Positions 12,014 to 23,850 of a stretch of 60,296 nucleotides of DNA are shown here, in pieces; the first letter of the stretch is position 1, and each line of letters begins with the position of its first letter. The position numbers were made by a program, and so were the translations under genes. The stretch covers positions 266,580-326,875 of the forward strand of contig NW_019218153.1 of the NCBI RefSeq assembly GCF_002571385.2, written 5' to 3'. This stretch comes from Stylophora pistillata. Its lineage: Eukaryota. The notes under the pieces were generated by a model. It made no database searches. It was given only the letters and a program-made list of their open reading frames with translations, and was not told the DNA's origin.

Positions 12014-13021
12014 ATACAGAGCTGTTACGGTGATTCCTCGGTATTGGATTGCATATGCTGTACTGCGCATACAAATCACGTAATCAGGTGAATAAGCGCT
12101 CCGAGAACACGGTATTGTTTTTCAATCAATGGAAAAGGTAAAAAGGTGCGATGGTCTTTGGCTCTTGAACGAGCATGGTGACCCACATTTTTTATTGTAT
12201 AAATTTGGTGTACAAATCATCTCCTTTGGAGAAATTAAAAAAAAATTATCGAAGGGAAAAGAGGATATAGTTAAAACTGTGTACAAAGCCCGTTACTCCA
12301 TAATGCAAATCATGACTTTGAAAGCAACGACTCGAGGAACTTTTGAGTCGCTGTCTCTTAAATTGCGTGATTTTTCCTCAAATTGCTGATCGAATTGTTC
12401 CAAACGCTCGAGACTTTCTACCTATCAAGTTTTTTTCAAGCGTAACTTTAAAAACCCTTGCTTCCAGCTACAGCAAAATGTACCGTGAACGATGAAATGA
12501 CGCGCATGATCAGTAGTACCAGTAGGACATAAATGAGATAAGTTTGGCCCATCATATCTCTTAAACAAGCACGGTAACCAGTCTTTTTTATTGTATTTTC
12601 GAAACAGATTTTTGGTAAGGAACATTTAAGGAAAATTTCAAACCTTTTTTCGATAACTTTTTTTTTTTTTGAGGAATCACCTTAAAGGTAAATATACAGA
12701 GTTGGTCTTGTTGTAAGCGAACAAGGACAAATAAATAATATGTTAATGTTTGTCCATGAGGAATCGAGCCTCCGAAATTAGGTTTCCGAGCTCCAATTTT
12801 CTATTTCTGCGCTATGATAACTCTTTCTTGCCGCTAGTATTACCAAACTTATATGTGACACGTGTCTAGCATTCTGCTTGGATCAACAACGTAGAATGCG
12901 TCATACTTTTCTCAAACTGGTTTGAAGCAGTATTTTGCAGCAATTATTAAGATCAGGTGCATGGCGGATTGCAAATGAACAGAGTCTTGTGGTAATAGAG
13001 TTTGTGATTTTGCAGCCTAAG

Positions 13022-13117
13022 GAGACAACCTCGTTCCCAGGGTCTCTCATCTTTCCGCCCCCTGGAGAGAGAGAGGAGGGGCGGAAAGATGAGAGAGCCT
13101 GGAAACGAAGTTGTCTC
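13022..13117. mobile_element. Short palindromic MITE
   Basis: gagacaacctcgttcccagggtctctcatctttccgccc ... gggcggaaagatgagagagcctggaaacgaagttgtctc are inverted arms. Confidence 0.75.
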
Positions 13118-16100
13118 AGGAGAGTCGTTTGAGACATTTTACGGTCGCCTTCTCGGCTCAAGTACGCAATGACAGTTCCCGAAACAATGAGATCCGTTCA
13201 ATGATCGCCGGGGTCGGAGTTGAACCCTTGATATTACTGGAGTCGACTCGAGTCATAAGAGACTCATAGTCCGCCATTTTGTCCACCCACGGTCTTCCTT
13301 GAAGGAAGGCAGTAGGCACAACAAGTAAATCGCATGTTGCGCGGGAAAACGCCTGTGAACAAGGAGAACATGGGTGTACATTTGCATGTGATTGGTCGAC
13401 AGGATGACGCGAGTTTTCTGGTCCAATCAAAGAGCACACTAAAACAAAATCAACGCAATCTTGGATAAAGTCGGAGCTCATTAGGGACCAATCTTGAGCC
13501 CAAAGTCACTTCAACACCTTGAGAGCAGTATGGACGCCAATAATAACCTTGGGCTTGAGTCTTTACTACCCTCAAGGTTATAGACCTCTGGTCCCTTTCG
13601 ACAAGATCATTCTAGCGTCACTAATCTAATTAAAGTCTCTACGGATCTTCATGGATAAGACTTTGATTATTCCAGATCTGTAAATTGAAAAAACTTGTAC
13701 AAAGTCAACTCGAGACATATTTTGTTTGAAAATAATTTTGCGTGTCTAAGATCTTATCAGAATTATTGTTGATTTTTTTCTTTTTTTTTTTTCCTTGTCG
13801 TCATTAAGATTTCCGGGTGGTGTGCCTGTCACAACGCGTAATTAACTGCAAAGGACACTGATGAATTTGTCATGCAAGGAGCGAAAATGACCTTCACATT
13901 GCCACTATGAGAATATTGTTTGATTTTTAATTAATATAAAACCCCGCTGTAATACACAGATAGCAAAATTAATTTGCAGACGATTCAATGTCTTTAACAG
14001 TTTGTCAGTAGATAATCGAAGGAGATATTAGATTTAATCACAGCACGATAACTTTTGATTTCCTAGATCGAAATCAAAATTTCTCAGTCACCAGGACGAG
14101 ATATGTTTCATTGAAAATGCATGCAAGGAACACTTTTACATTAGGTACAAGTTGTATTTCCACCTTGAAAGAAAGTCAATAAGCACCTTAGTGCCATGAA
14201 ATAACTGTAATTTTTCGTGTAGCCAATGGCATTGGGGCGGCACGTAGGAAAGCTTGAAGGTCAATGCCATAATCTCTAGAAATAGCTGACTATTGGACCA
14301 ACAGGACACCTAATTTTAAGGATATTTATAAGGTGCATGTTGCGAAAAGACGCCGGCAAGAAACGAAATTTATTGTTTCGAAGACAGTTAAATCGAAAGA
14401 TTTCATATTGTTTTAATTTCAAATTAAACTGACCCATTCAGAGAGAACTGTGCAAACATAGACTTCGAAATTGCCTTAGCTCAACCGACCTGAATATTAC
14501 AGCTTGACGTTCAAACGTTTTCCCTTTTTTTCATCGCATATCATTTATTGAAAAATAAGCTATATTGCAGTGGTCGTCCAACGCTTCCAAGTCTCTCTTT
14601 TTTAAGCTTAACGAATTGATTAAAATCACTATTTAGAGCTTTAAAACTGAAGAAACAATCTGTAGCATGTTCACACTTACGTACCGACGAATGAATGCTT
14701 GGAGTGATTTCAAATTAGCTAAGCAGATGTGCTTAAGTTATACAATGGCAGTCGCGTCAAAATGATCCGCAAACATTATTAACTGGATTTAGAAAAAGAG
14801 TTATTGAGCTCGCTAGTTGATTCTAGAAGACAAAGCACTACAGGCTTAGGGAAAGATTTCAACGGTAAGACACAAATATTTGGCTTTTAAAGCCCCTTAT
14901 GGATTCATTCATAGTTTTTCGATGCAATAAGTCTAATTGAAAATTTTAATTTTAGCCTTCAATTTACTACCTTTCAATATGCTGGCAACATTAATTAAAC
15001 TTCTCTGTAAACTATGTTGAACTCTGCAGATACGTTCTGACTGAAAGACTTCTTCGGGGATTTTCAAAGGGTTTTCTTGAGCTTAGAGAAGTTTATAAAT
15101 GAAAGAAGCTTAATTTGTTGCAGGGTATACATGAACATATTTGAGCAAAGGTATCTAGGTGGTTGTTCAGTTTTGACAAAGCGAAATAGTTATTTTGACA
15201 ACAAAAAGCATGTTTAGTTACACATTCAAATACACACGGAGCACGTTCCTTGCATCCAATACAAAGAGTCAAGTACAAAACTTCAGCACTTTTACTTTAC
15301 AACAGCAAATATCTTGTACGGAGGCAAAAAGACCTTTGACTGAAGGAGCCGCCAAATTAATATTCCTCGTCGCATTTTTCGCCCTTCAAGAAAATCTTTT
15401 ATCATGGAAAAACTGTTGTGAACACAAAGACAGCATTAATATTTGATAACCAATCATCACAGTGGAACTATCCAGATGATCAAAAACAAGAAATTTAGCG
15501 TTCATGTTGGGCGAGAGTTATCTAGATTGCAGTTCGCAAAAGGGAAAAAAAATTCGTAAGTCTAAATATCACAGAAGATTAAGTTTCAATAGATAGCAAA
15601 TGTCAATTCTAAGAACTCTTTCAAACGCTCCATTTTCTAAAAATTGAAAATAAACACACGATTGATATTCAAATATGTTTTCATTGAATAGTTTTTCACT
15701 TAGCTCATTTTATTTTACACGAGAAGAAACCCTTAATAAAACACATAATTATAGCTGATAAAACTCACCGCCTAACCTGTTTACATCTTTGAATAATGAT
15801 ACCATATTTTTGCGCCTCCAGACTTACCACAGAGGCAAAAACAAAAATTAAATATGAATGAGGTGAGTGTTATGGTCAAATCAAAACTATGGAAAAATCT
15901 GCGGGAGAAACATTACGTGCATTTATCGCGCTTTGTGCGGTGTGCAGCGAGTGCGCAAGTCAGTGGAGTAGACGTAGTCAGGATAAGGAGATTCGGAAAA
16001 GTTTTAAGAAACGCGAGCTGGCCTCGCAAATTAGCATTTGGATTGATAAGTGGAAGGATAATTCGAAGGATACTTCGTAGAATATTGGTTGAAAGTTATC

Positions 16101-17429
16101 ATGGACACGACAGAAAATAGCACAAAAATGGACAAAAGCTCGCCCGCGCTGTCGCCAACTTCAAGTATATTTTTAGCCCTTATGCTGGTTTTAACAGCTG
16201 TTGTGAACATCATCTCCAATGTGTTAGTATTGGTCATTTTAGCGCGAAACAACCGCCTTCGTACATGTACGAACGTTTTCATCGCTAATTTGAGTGTGGT
16301 GGATCTTTTGGCAGGTATGATTTTAATACCTGCAGCTGCCGAATCGCTTTTTTCGCAAGATGACCAGCAAATAGCTGACATGAGCTATGCTCTAGTCTGC
16401 GAATTCTACGGCTTTTTGAATTCGCTTTATGGAATCGGCTCCTCATTAACGGTCGCAGTAATAGCTTTGGATCGTTACCACAGTATTTTAAACTGTCTAC
16501 AATACGAAACGATCGTTACTCAACGGAGAACAGCGTTGCTAATAGCTTGGATTTGGCTACAGGCAATTTTTGTCTCGCTGTGTCCTCTTGTGGGCTGGGG
16601 AACGTTTTCACTTAACCCCAGTCAACGATGTTCTTGGTATTCTCCTGACAAAAATGGATTTATTTACTTCAAAACAGCTACCTGCGCGATACTCCCTTAT
16701 GCGGTTACAGTTTTCTGTTACATTAGGATTCACGTTGTGGCAAGAAGGCACGCTAGAACGATTGTAAACATTCAAATTCGCGATGCGAGAAATAGACTCA
16801 AGAGCGGTGGCGTCAACGCAAATCTTTCGGCGTCAAAAAAGACGATCATGGTTTATATCGTTCTTGGTGTGTACACGGTCTGTTGGATACCATATTACGC
16901 TATACAATTATTAGTAACTGCATTTCCTTCGGTGATACTTCCTGACAAATTTTTACTAACTGCAGCTGCGTTATCGCTCATCAATTCGGCATGTAACCCT
17001 ATTATGTATGCATTAATTACGAGCCAGTTCCGAAATGGACTAAAACGCGTTTATCGCCAGATTCGACGCCACATTTTTTCCGGCGACGCGCGGCAGGTTA
17101 ATCCAAATGGACCACGCGGAGATTCAAGAAGTTCATGGACTTTTACAAGATCCAGCGCAAAACGATTTTTCGCAACGAGCCAAGAGGCAGCGAGACCAAA
17201 GCTTGTTATCACAGACATGAATCCAGTCTGTGCGGTTATTAGAGAGGAAAGTTCGATGAACACAAAACCACCCTCGCCGCCCGAAGAAGCGCGGGGGACT
17301 GGAACCTTCCTCACTGTGTATCCACTGACGTTACAAGTACCAACGGAACACAGGCATACAATAAGAAAAAATCCCGATAAGAACCCCAAGGAGTTAGAAG
17401 TTAAGAAAAATGGATGGATAGGGGAGTAA
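16101..17429 (+). CDS. Single-coding-exon rhodopsin-like (class A) orphan GPCR, loosely GPR161/GPR101-like
   Basis: Seven hydrophobic segments with SN (TM1), NLSVVDL, C3.25, ALDRY, W4.50, CWIPY and NPIMY. First ATG is at 16101. Confidence 0.93.
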   Translation: MDTTENSTKMDKSSPALSPTSSIFLALMLVLTAVVNIISNVLVLVILARNNRLRTCTNVFIANLSVVDLLAGMILIPAAAESLFSQDDQQIADMSYALVCEFYGFLNSLYGIGSSLTVAVIALDRYHSILNCLQYETIVTQRRTALLIAWIWLQAIFVSLCPLVGWGTFSLNPSQRCSWYSPDKNGFIYFKTATCAILPYAVTVFCYIRIHVVARRHARTIVNIQIRDARNRLKSGGVNANLSASKKTIMVYIVLGVYTVCWIPYYAIQLLVTAFPSVILPDKFLLTAAALSLINSACNPIMYALITSQFRNGLKRVYRQIRRHIFSGDARQVNPNGPRGDSRSSWTFTRSSAKRFFATSQEAARPKLVITDMNPVCAVIREESSMNTKPPSPPEEARGTGTFLTVYPLTLQVPTEHRHTIRKNPDKNPKELEVKKNGWIGE

Positions 17430-18419
17430 TACTCGGAAACATTTTTTCTTTTCTTCTAACGCTGGGCGGATTGATTACATTTTGCGTGAGTGGTAACCTT
17501 AAAATAAAGTGGATAATACCGGGCGGGTTTTGTTTGGTGTCTCTCTACAGATGGCCCGATAAATGAATAATCATTTTCTATCAGATGTAGTGATAAAATT
17601 TTCACGCAAGATTCTGCGATAAAGTAAATCGAATTGATTATTTCTCCTGCACGAATTTACACTCCAGAAATATCAAATACCGACTAAGTGTGATAATACA
17701 TTTTTCTCCGTTTTGCGCTTGCTTTGAAAGAGCCCGAAGGATTAAGATAGAGTCCATTATTTTGACTTGTAGTTTATTTTAAATCGTGACAAATAACCCC
17801 ATAATGATGCTGACCACTCCTAGTGTTTTTAGGAGGATAATACTCCTAAAAAAAAAGAAGTAAAAAAAAGTGAAAGAACCTGTAATTGTTTACTCGGATT
17901 TTGGTTCCTTTTGAGTTATTTTAATATACAGTGATGACGTCTTTTGGTCACTTCAATGAGTAGATTTTGGTTTAAGCTTGATGTCACGGGAGAAATTTTA
18001 TCCCCGAAAACATCAGACTTCCTCTCGGTAAATGGTAAGAGATAACAATTTCAAAAAATATCTATAATAACTCGAAAAAGGCAGATGCTTCGCTAATTAC
18101 GTGAGCTAATTTTTTCGGCCAACAACTTTATTGAATCTATATTATCTTTGTTTTATTTGATGATTCAGGGAAGTGTCTTTTTAGTCCTTTTGAGTTTGGC
18201 TTTGTAAAGAGCCGAAACATGTCCACTGCAGAACCCGCGGTTCATCTTTATATTTCGTAGCACCTTTCTTTCCCAAGCTCCAGCGCAGAAAAAAAGTTAC
18301 TTGGGAAAGTAGAAGGGTCGGATGGTACAAAATAGTCGCTTGGTACTAACTTTATATGGTTTACTTGAATCGATTATCGCGTGTGAAACGCGTTGAGGGT
18401 ATTGTCAGTACGTCTGTTC

Positions 18420-18528
18420 AGTCAGCCTTGACGAGTCAGTTATTCGGCCGGCCACTCGGCCAGTCAGCCAGTCAGCCAGTCAGTTAGTGTCAGTCGTTCA
18501 GTCAAACAGTAAGTCAGTCAGTCAGCCA
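18420..18528 (+). repeat. Degenerate (CAGT/CAGC)n microsatellite
   Basis: Runs of cagtcagccagtcagccagtcag. Confidence 0.7.
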
Positions 18529-18725
18529 GCTCCGAGTCGGTTAGTATCATGTATATCAATACACAAAACCTGAAAGCTTTAATTTTCGTTCTCTTTTTTC
18601 GCGTTTGTATGGACTGAGACGAAGTCGAGGTCCATAACATCGCAAAAAAAAAAAAAAAAAAAAGAACTCGGCTAATATCCGATCCAGCCATCTTGACCTC
18701 ACGCTTGGTCAATAATCCATATATA

Positions 18726-19537
18726 GTGGCGCGAGAGTTTGAGCGTTTTGCCGCCAACGAAGTTGATGAGTATTTAGCTACACAGGCCCAAGAGAACCAA
18801 CTCTTGACTTTATAGAGGAGCTCTAAGGATGTCACTGATTTTATCAGTTTCTTTTCAGAACTCAAGTGTGAACGGAAAAGAGGAAATAGTTCTCTCCAAA
18901 GATCGGTTGTTCGACAAAGTCGTTTGGAGACATCGCAGCGGTTTGAACTTAATAAACAGTTTCCCTTCTCGATTCTTTTGGATTTGAATTTAAGTCATGC
19001 TTCTGTGGTGTTCAGAAGCGAAACGGGACTTTTTGGACCCCCAGTCGATCACATGATTCTCGTCGTAAACATTGAAGGTGTTCTGTGTTTAAGGGATGTC
19101 GTTTTATGCGATTCGTTTCTGACTCCTGTCCTCATTGGACTGCCGCCTTTGCAGATCAACGGCAGGGTGAAACGTGCGACCATTATTTCTATGAAAAGAA
19201 AGTGAAAATTATTGTCGCCGAGTTTTGTAACGAGGAGGTAAATTTTACCACCGGCAATGAATGTGTCTCTTATGTTTAGGTTTGACTTCATTCCAAGAGA
19301 CTGAAATATGTGACTTCCGTGAGATGTTACTTTTCCATCGAACACATTCAAAAACCCAACTCACCCACGATCGCCTTTGTTCTTTGGCAAAAGCCCTGGG
19401 GGAGGATAACTTTTTCAGGGAACAAACTGATTAATTAAGTCAACTTATTTGGGAGACAACAAAATCTCAAAGGAAACAAAGGAATTCTCGGTGAGGAGGA
19501 AGAGATGGTAAAGAAACTTGAACAGCAGTTTGGAATA
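18726..19537 (+). pseudogene. Decayed arylamine N-acetyltransferase pseudogene (copy A)
   Basis: Collinear nucleotide similarity to the intact copy (FERFAANEVDEYLA, DHMILVVNIEG, THDR, KELEQQFG) with many frameshifts. The ATG is lost next to a repeat, and the catalytic Cys region is deleted. Confidence 0.88.
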
Positions 19538-20094
19538 TATAGTTTGCGGATCAGCTCAGGTGAAACAAAAACTTCGTTTTGAAAATGTTCTTTTTTTCTA
19601 TACGCTGTTTGCCCGTCAGTCAAAAATAACGTGAATTCCTTTCGAAGGTTGACGAACTGTCCTTGAGAAACAAGTCAACCATCTCACTGTTTTTCAGTTC
19701 TCAGCGCACAACCTCTCGTGGAACAAGATAAAAACTAACAGAAAAAGATCTACTGGGAGAAATCATTGTAAATATATCTTTCTATCTTATTTGGTGATGA
19801 GGGAAACTTTTTCTTCCCATTAGCCTCTTCTATGATGTGTTTCTACTTGCCAACTGCATACTTGATCGATCTTTAATCATTTCTGAAATAAACATTAGTC
19901 CATTTTAACTATTTTTTGTGATTTTTTTTTTATTCTCAGTTTGATTGTTTTGTTGTTGTTGTTTGTTTTTTTGACCCTAAGGTTAATGGCTGAATATTTA
20001 TCTCAGGTGAAATGGACAGATCTTCAATAGAGTACGTCCCCGAAATTTTATTATTGGAATTTCTGTTTCACATGGTTTAAGAACTGAGGACCCC

Positions 20095-20382
20095 TTTCGC
20101 TCAAGCGACAGAGCCAGTCCCTCGAAGCAGCAGACACTTACCTAATACTGTAGTGAAAGAATATTCATCCCTTGAACATGTGCTAGAATGTAATTTTTTT
20201 CTTTCTTCGCTGAGTTTTAGTTTCTTATTTGCTATCCTAAGTTATCAAAATATTTCAGGAGGTCTTCAGAAGCACTTACAAAAATATTTTCGCAGGTTCC
20301 TTTACACACCACTTTTAACCAATAGTTCCTTTTAAAAAAATCGGTAGGTAATGTACTTTTTTCTGAAGCCCTCCCTTTTACC
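20095..20382 (-). repeat. Diverged inverted copy of 24745-25031 (sequence upstream of NAT copy C)
   Basis: For example gctgagtttt...aggtcttcag...cttacaaaaa matches the reverse complement of tttttgtaag...ctgaagacct...aaaactcagc. Confidence 0.75.
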
Positions 20383-21276
20383 TGAGATCAGCATTCAGTC
20401 ATTTAGCTGATGTCGAACAAACAAACAGAGGTTAAAAAAGCAAAAAACAACATCAACATAAGACACAGAAAAAAATTGAATTGACAAAAAGTTTATCACA
20501 AAGTTTAGTGGCGACTGAAAGCAGAATGAGTGAGCAGTTTGCTTAAACAGATAAGAGTGCAGTGGGGGAAGACGTTTCCTATACCCCAAAGCAAATATTT
20601 TTTTAACTTTTTTTTTAATCTTACGTGATAAGCATACATTGTCTTTTTTATCTCACCTTGAAAGATACCAAAGCCAGTGGCTTATGTAGAACAGGTTAAG
20701 CGGAAGTCAACACGTGCTGCTAGTTACACTCTTAGCGTAAATTCATGCGAAACGAAAACGACAATTACAACAGTTATCAGTAATCGTCAGGCGTCAGGGG
20801 GGGAGGTTGGAGAATTTCATTTGGAGGGAGCACATGGTTTTCAAGGCAAAGGAGGTAGGATCAGTCGTCGCCAACAGACTATAAAGTAGGGACAGAAATT
20901 TGACTGCAAGTTAACTGCCAATGAGAGGGGAATCATAAGAATGTCAGAATATCACAAAACTTTTAAAAAGAGGGATCAGGTAAATATTATCATGACACAA
21001 CCAAACTAAACCGACGCTCCCCCCCCCCCCCCATAAATAATGTTCAGTCCCTAAAAGCAAGGAAAATTAAACAAAACTATGGATTACAGTAAAGGAATCA
21101 ACATAGAATGAATCTAGTGATAGCCAAAATATATTTGTTTTTCAGAAGATCTTATTCTAATCGTTATTATTTTGTTCAATTAGAATCGCGTGACGAGACC
21201 TGAATAATTAATTCACCTACTAAATCTCACGCAATCTCTGGATGATAAGCAAAATAGTGTACGGTTAGCATATAGT

Positions 21277-22203
21277 TTAAATCTTCCTTTCCTTGCTCTG
21301 ATCTGATCCGCAATACATGGAGCCCTCAGGGTATAAACAAGATTCCTTTTTTATTCCAAACTGTTGTTCCAGTTCTTTTACTATCTCTTCCTCTCCGCCG
21401 AGAAGTTCCTTTGTTTCCTTTCTGATCTTGTTGTCGCCCAAGTAAGTTGACTTGGTCACTTTGTTCCCTGAAAAAGTTATCCTTCCCCAGGGTTTTGCCA
21501 TGGTACAAATGCGATCGTGGGTAAACGGTGATTTTGGATCTGTTTGATGGAAAAGCAACATTTCATGAAAGTCACACATTTTCCTAGGAATGAGTTCGAA
21601 CCTACACCTTGGAGACCATTCGTTGTCGGTAGTCAAATTTACTTTTGCTTTTTCTTCGTTACCAAACTCGTCGACGATAGTTTTCACTTTCTCTTCGTAG
21701 AAACACCTGTCGCCTTCTTTTCGAATACGATACGTCCCACTACTTTGTTCCTGTTGATCTGCGGAGCAGCCAAAGAGGAGAGGAGTCAGAAAGGAATCGC
21801 CAAAACCAACATCCGTCAACCACAGCGCACCTTCAATATTTACGACGAGAATCATGTGATCGAATGGGGGTCCAATACGTCCTGTTTTTCTACTGTATAC
21901 CTCTGAAGCATGCCTTTGAAACTCAAATCCAATGTAATCGAGTAGCAGGGAAAAAACTGTGTTAAGTTCATAGCAGAAACCGCCGCGATGTCTTCGAACG
22001 ACTTTGTCGAACAACCATTCTTTGGAGAGAACTATTTCCTCCTTTCCGTACACACTCAAGTTCTCAAAAGGAACTGATAAAATATGACATCTTTGAAGCT
22101 CTTCTAGAACTTCAAGAGTTGGCTCTATTGGGCCTGTGTAGCGAATACGAGCTAAATATTCATCAACTTCGTTTGCGGCGAAACGCTCCAACTCTTGCGC
22201 CAT
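21277..22203 (-). CDS. NAT: Arylamine N-acetyltransferase, intact and intronless (copy B)
   Basis: MAQELERF start, YLARI, HILSVPFENL, RGGFCYELN (Cys), FDHMIL (His) and TDVGFG (Asp), so the catalytic triad is complete. Confidence 0.95.
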   Translation of the reverse strand: MAQELERFAANEVDEYLARIRYTGPIEPTLEVLEELQRCHILSVPFENLSVYGKEEIVLSKEWLFDKVVRRHRGGFCYELNTVFSLLLDYIGFEFQRHASEVYSRKTGRIGPPFDHMILVVNIEGALWLTDVGFGDSFLTPLLFGCSADQQEQSSGTYRIRKEGDRCFYEEKVKTIVDEFGNEEKAKVNLTTDNEWSPRCRFELIPRKMCDFHEMLLFHQTDPKSPFTHDRICTMAKPWGRITFSGNKVTKSTYLGDNKIRKETKELLGGEEEIVKELEQQFGIKKESCLYPEGSMYCGSDQSKERKI

Positions 22204-22339
22204 CGGTACCGATTCAATATCGCGTGACCAGTATGCGTGACTTCTTGCGCATGTCACTTAAACGCTTCTATTCGCATGCGAGAGTTACATACATAAGCTT
22301 TATTTATACACCAAATAATCTGGATATATCAACAAAGTT

Positions 22340-22645
22340 GAAGTGATAACGATTACAAAAGCTGACGTTTCGAGCATTAGCCCTTCTTCGGAGCGAATAG
22401 AGGAATTGTGGGTTGTGTGTGCTTTTAAAGGCAGAAAATGGAGCTACGTTATTGGTGGGAACATGGCAACGAGAAAAACTAGAGTAAATTAGTGGAATGA
22501 AAAGCGTTCGTTGATCCCTGTGGGATTTAGACTGCCGGTTTGAAAGATGAGCTTTTGTTCAAGATTTTTACTGCTTTGTTGATATATCCAAATTATTTCG
22601 TTACTCCCACCGACGCAGCCCCAAACAGTTTCTTTCGAAACTATC
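22340..22645 (-). mobile_element. Penelope-like/retrozyme-type repeat fragment with degenerate hammerhead core
   Basis: Minus strand reads GCT-CCGAAGA-AGGGCTAATGCTC-GAAACGTC-AGC. It shares the acgcagc...cagtttcttt.gaaact end with the 44581 copy. Confidence 0.6.
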
Positions 22646-22664
22646 AGCCTTTATTTATTTATAN

Positions 22665-22817
22665 ATAAACATTGGCGATTCACTGTGGTTGTGTGATGTC
22701 GGTTTTGGAGATTCGTTTCTAACTCCTCTCCCCATCGACTGTTCAGGAGATCCGCAGGAACAACAGAGTGGGGCTTATCGTATTCGAAAAGACGGCGATC
22801 AGTATTTCTACGAAGAG
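22665..22817 (+). pseudogene. Internal NAT fragment near-identical to 25461-25613
   Basis: Begins directly after an N (22664) and ends at a LINE junction. It has TAT where copy C has TAA. Confidence 0.85.
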
Positions 22818-22819
22818 GA

Positions 22820-23850
22820 GACTACTCGCGGAGAGATCATTTATGTAAACCAAGAATAATATAGGTCCCAGGATGGAACCTTGAGAGACACCACACACAC
22901 TGGAGCCGTAATCAGAAAGAGAACCATTAACATAAGTTCTTTGCTTACGATCAGTCAGATATGATTGAAACCATTTTAAGCTAATGGAGTCAACCCCATA
23001 GAAATTGAGCCTTTTAAGTAGTATTTCATGATCAACAGTATCGAAAGCATTTTTAAGATCGAGAGGAAGAACTCCATTTAGTAGGCCATTATCCATATTA
23101 GTAAACCAATCATTGGTTATATCTAGAAGGGCAGTCAAAGTGGAATGACAAGGTCGAAAGCCCGACTGTGCATCGGCAAGTAAATCGTGCCTAATTAAAA
23201 AATCACAACTGGTTGAAGACTACTCTCTCAATAAGTTTACTGACAATCAGCAAGATAGATATAGGTCTATAATTATTTGGATTAGTTTTGAAATCATCCT
23301 TGTAAATAGGAGTGACTCTGGTTACCTTCCAACCATCAGGAAAAATACCGGTATTAAAGATCTATTTATGATATAGGTCAAGGATGCAGAGACAATAGGT
23401 CCCAGTTCTCTTTATAGTTTAGCGGAAATACCATCAAGACCACTTGCCTTGTTCAGCGGTAACGATTGAATCAGTGTTAGTACGATAACATTAGATGTTT
23501 TAGTTAGAGAAAAGACATGTGGCAGAGGAAGAAGATAGTCAATAAACTTTGCGTCTGTGATGTGAGGGGAATCTCATTTGCTAAAATTGGCCCTACGCTA
23601 CAGAAATGGTGATTTAACCCATTACTGATTTCATCAGGGGTAGTGTAAATGGTATCGCCAATTTTCAGGCTATGGATTCTGGTGGGTTGCGGTATTTTAC
23701 CGAAAATGGTATTAATCCCTTTCCAAGTGTTCTTAATGTTAGCCCGGTTGTTTTTGAAAAACGAATTATAGTATGAGACTTTTGCCTTTTTATAGCGATA
23801 TTGACCTTATTTCCCAAAGCCTTGAAGCGCAATGACAGTTTTTCTTAAGG
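22820..23850 (-). mobile_element. Non-LTR retrotransposon (CR1/L2-type) reverse transcriptase fragment, frameshifted
   Basis: HSTLTALL, LDLKNAFDTVDH, WFQSYLTDRKQ, GVSQGSILGP and YINDL motifs, with NTWKGIN upstream. Confidence 0.9.

Noticed and set aside
13158-13277. AAAATGGCG-initiated 39-codon ORF on the minus strand (MADYESL...)
   Set aside because: No recognisable homology or supported splice partner. It may be a YY1-like site or a repeat fragment.
22743-23138. RT ORF as a retron or other RT system linked to NAT
   Set aside because: The motifs are ordinary CR1/L2 LINE RT, frameshifted and truncated before the catalytic DD. The ORF tail is antisense NAT sequence.
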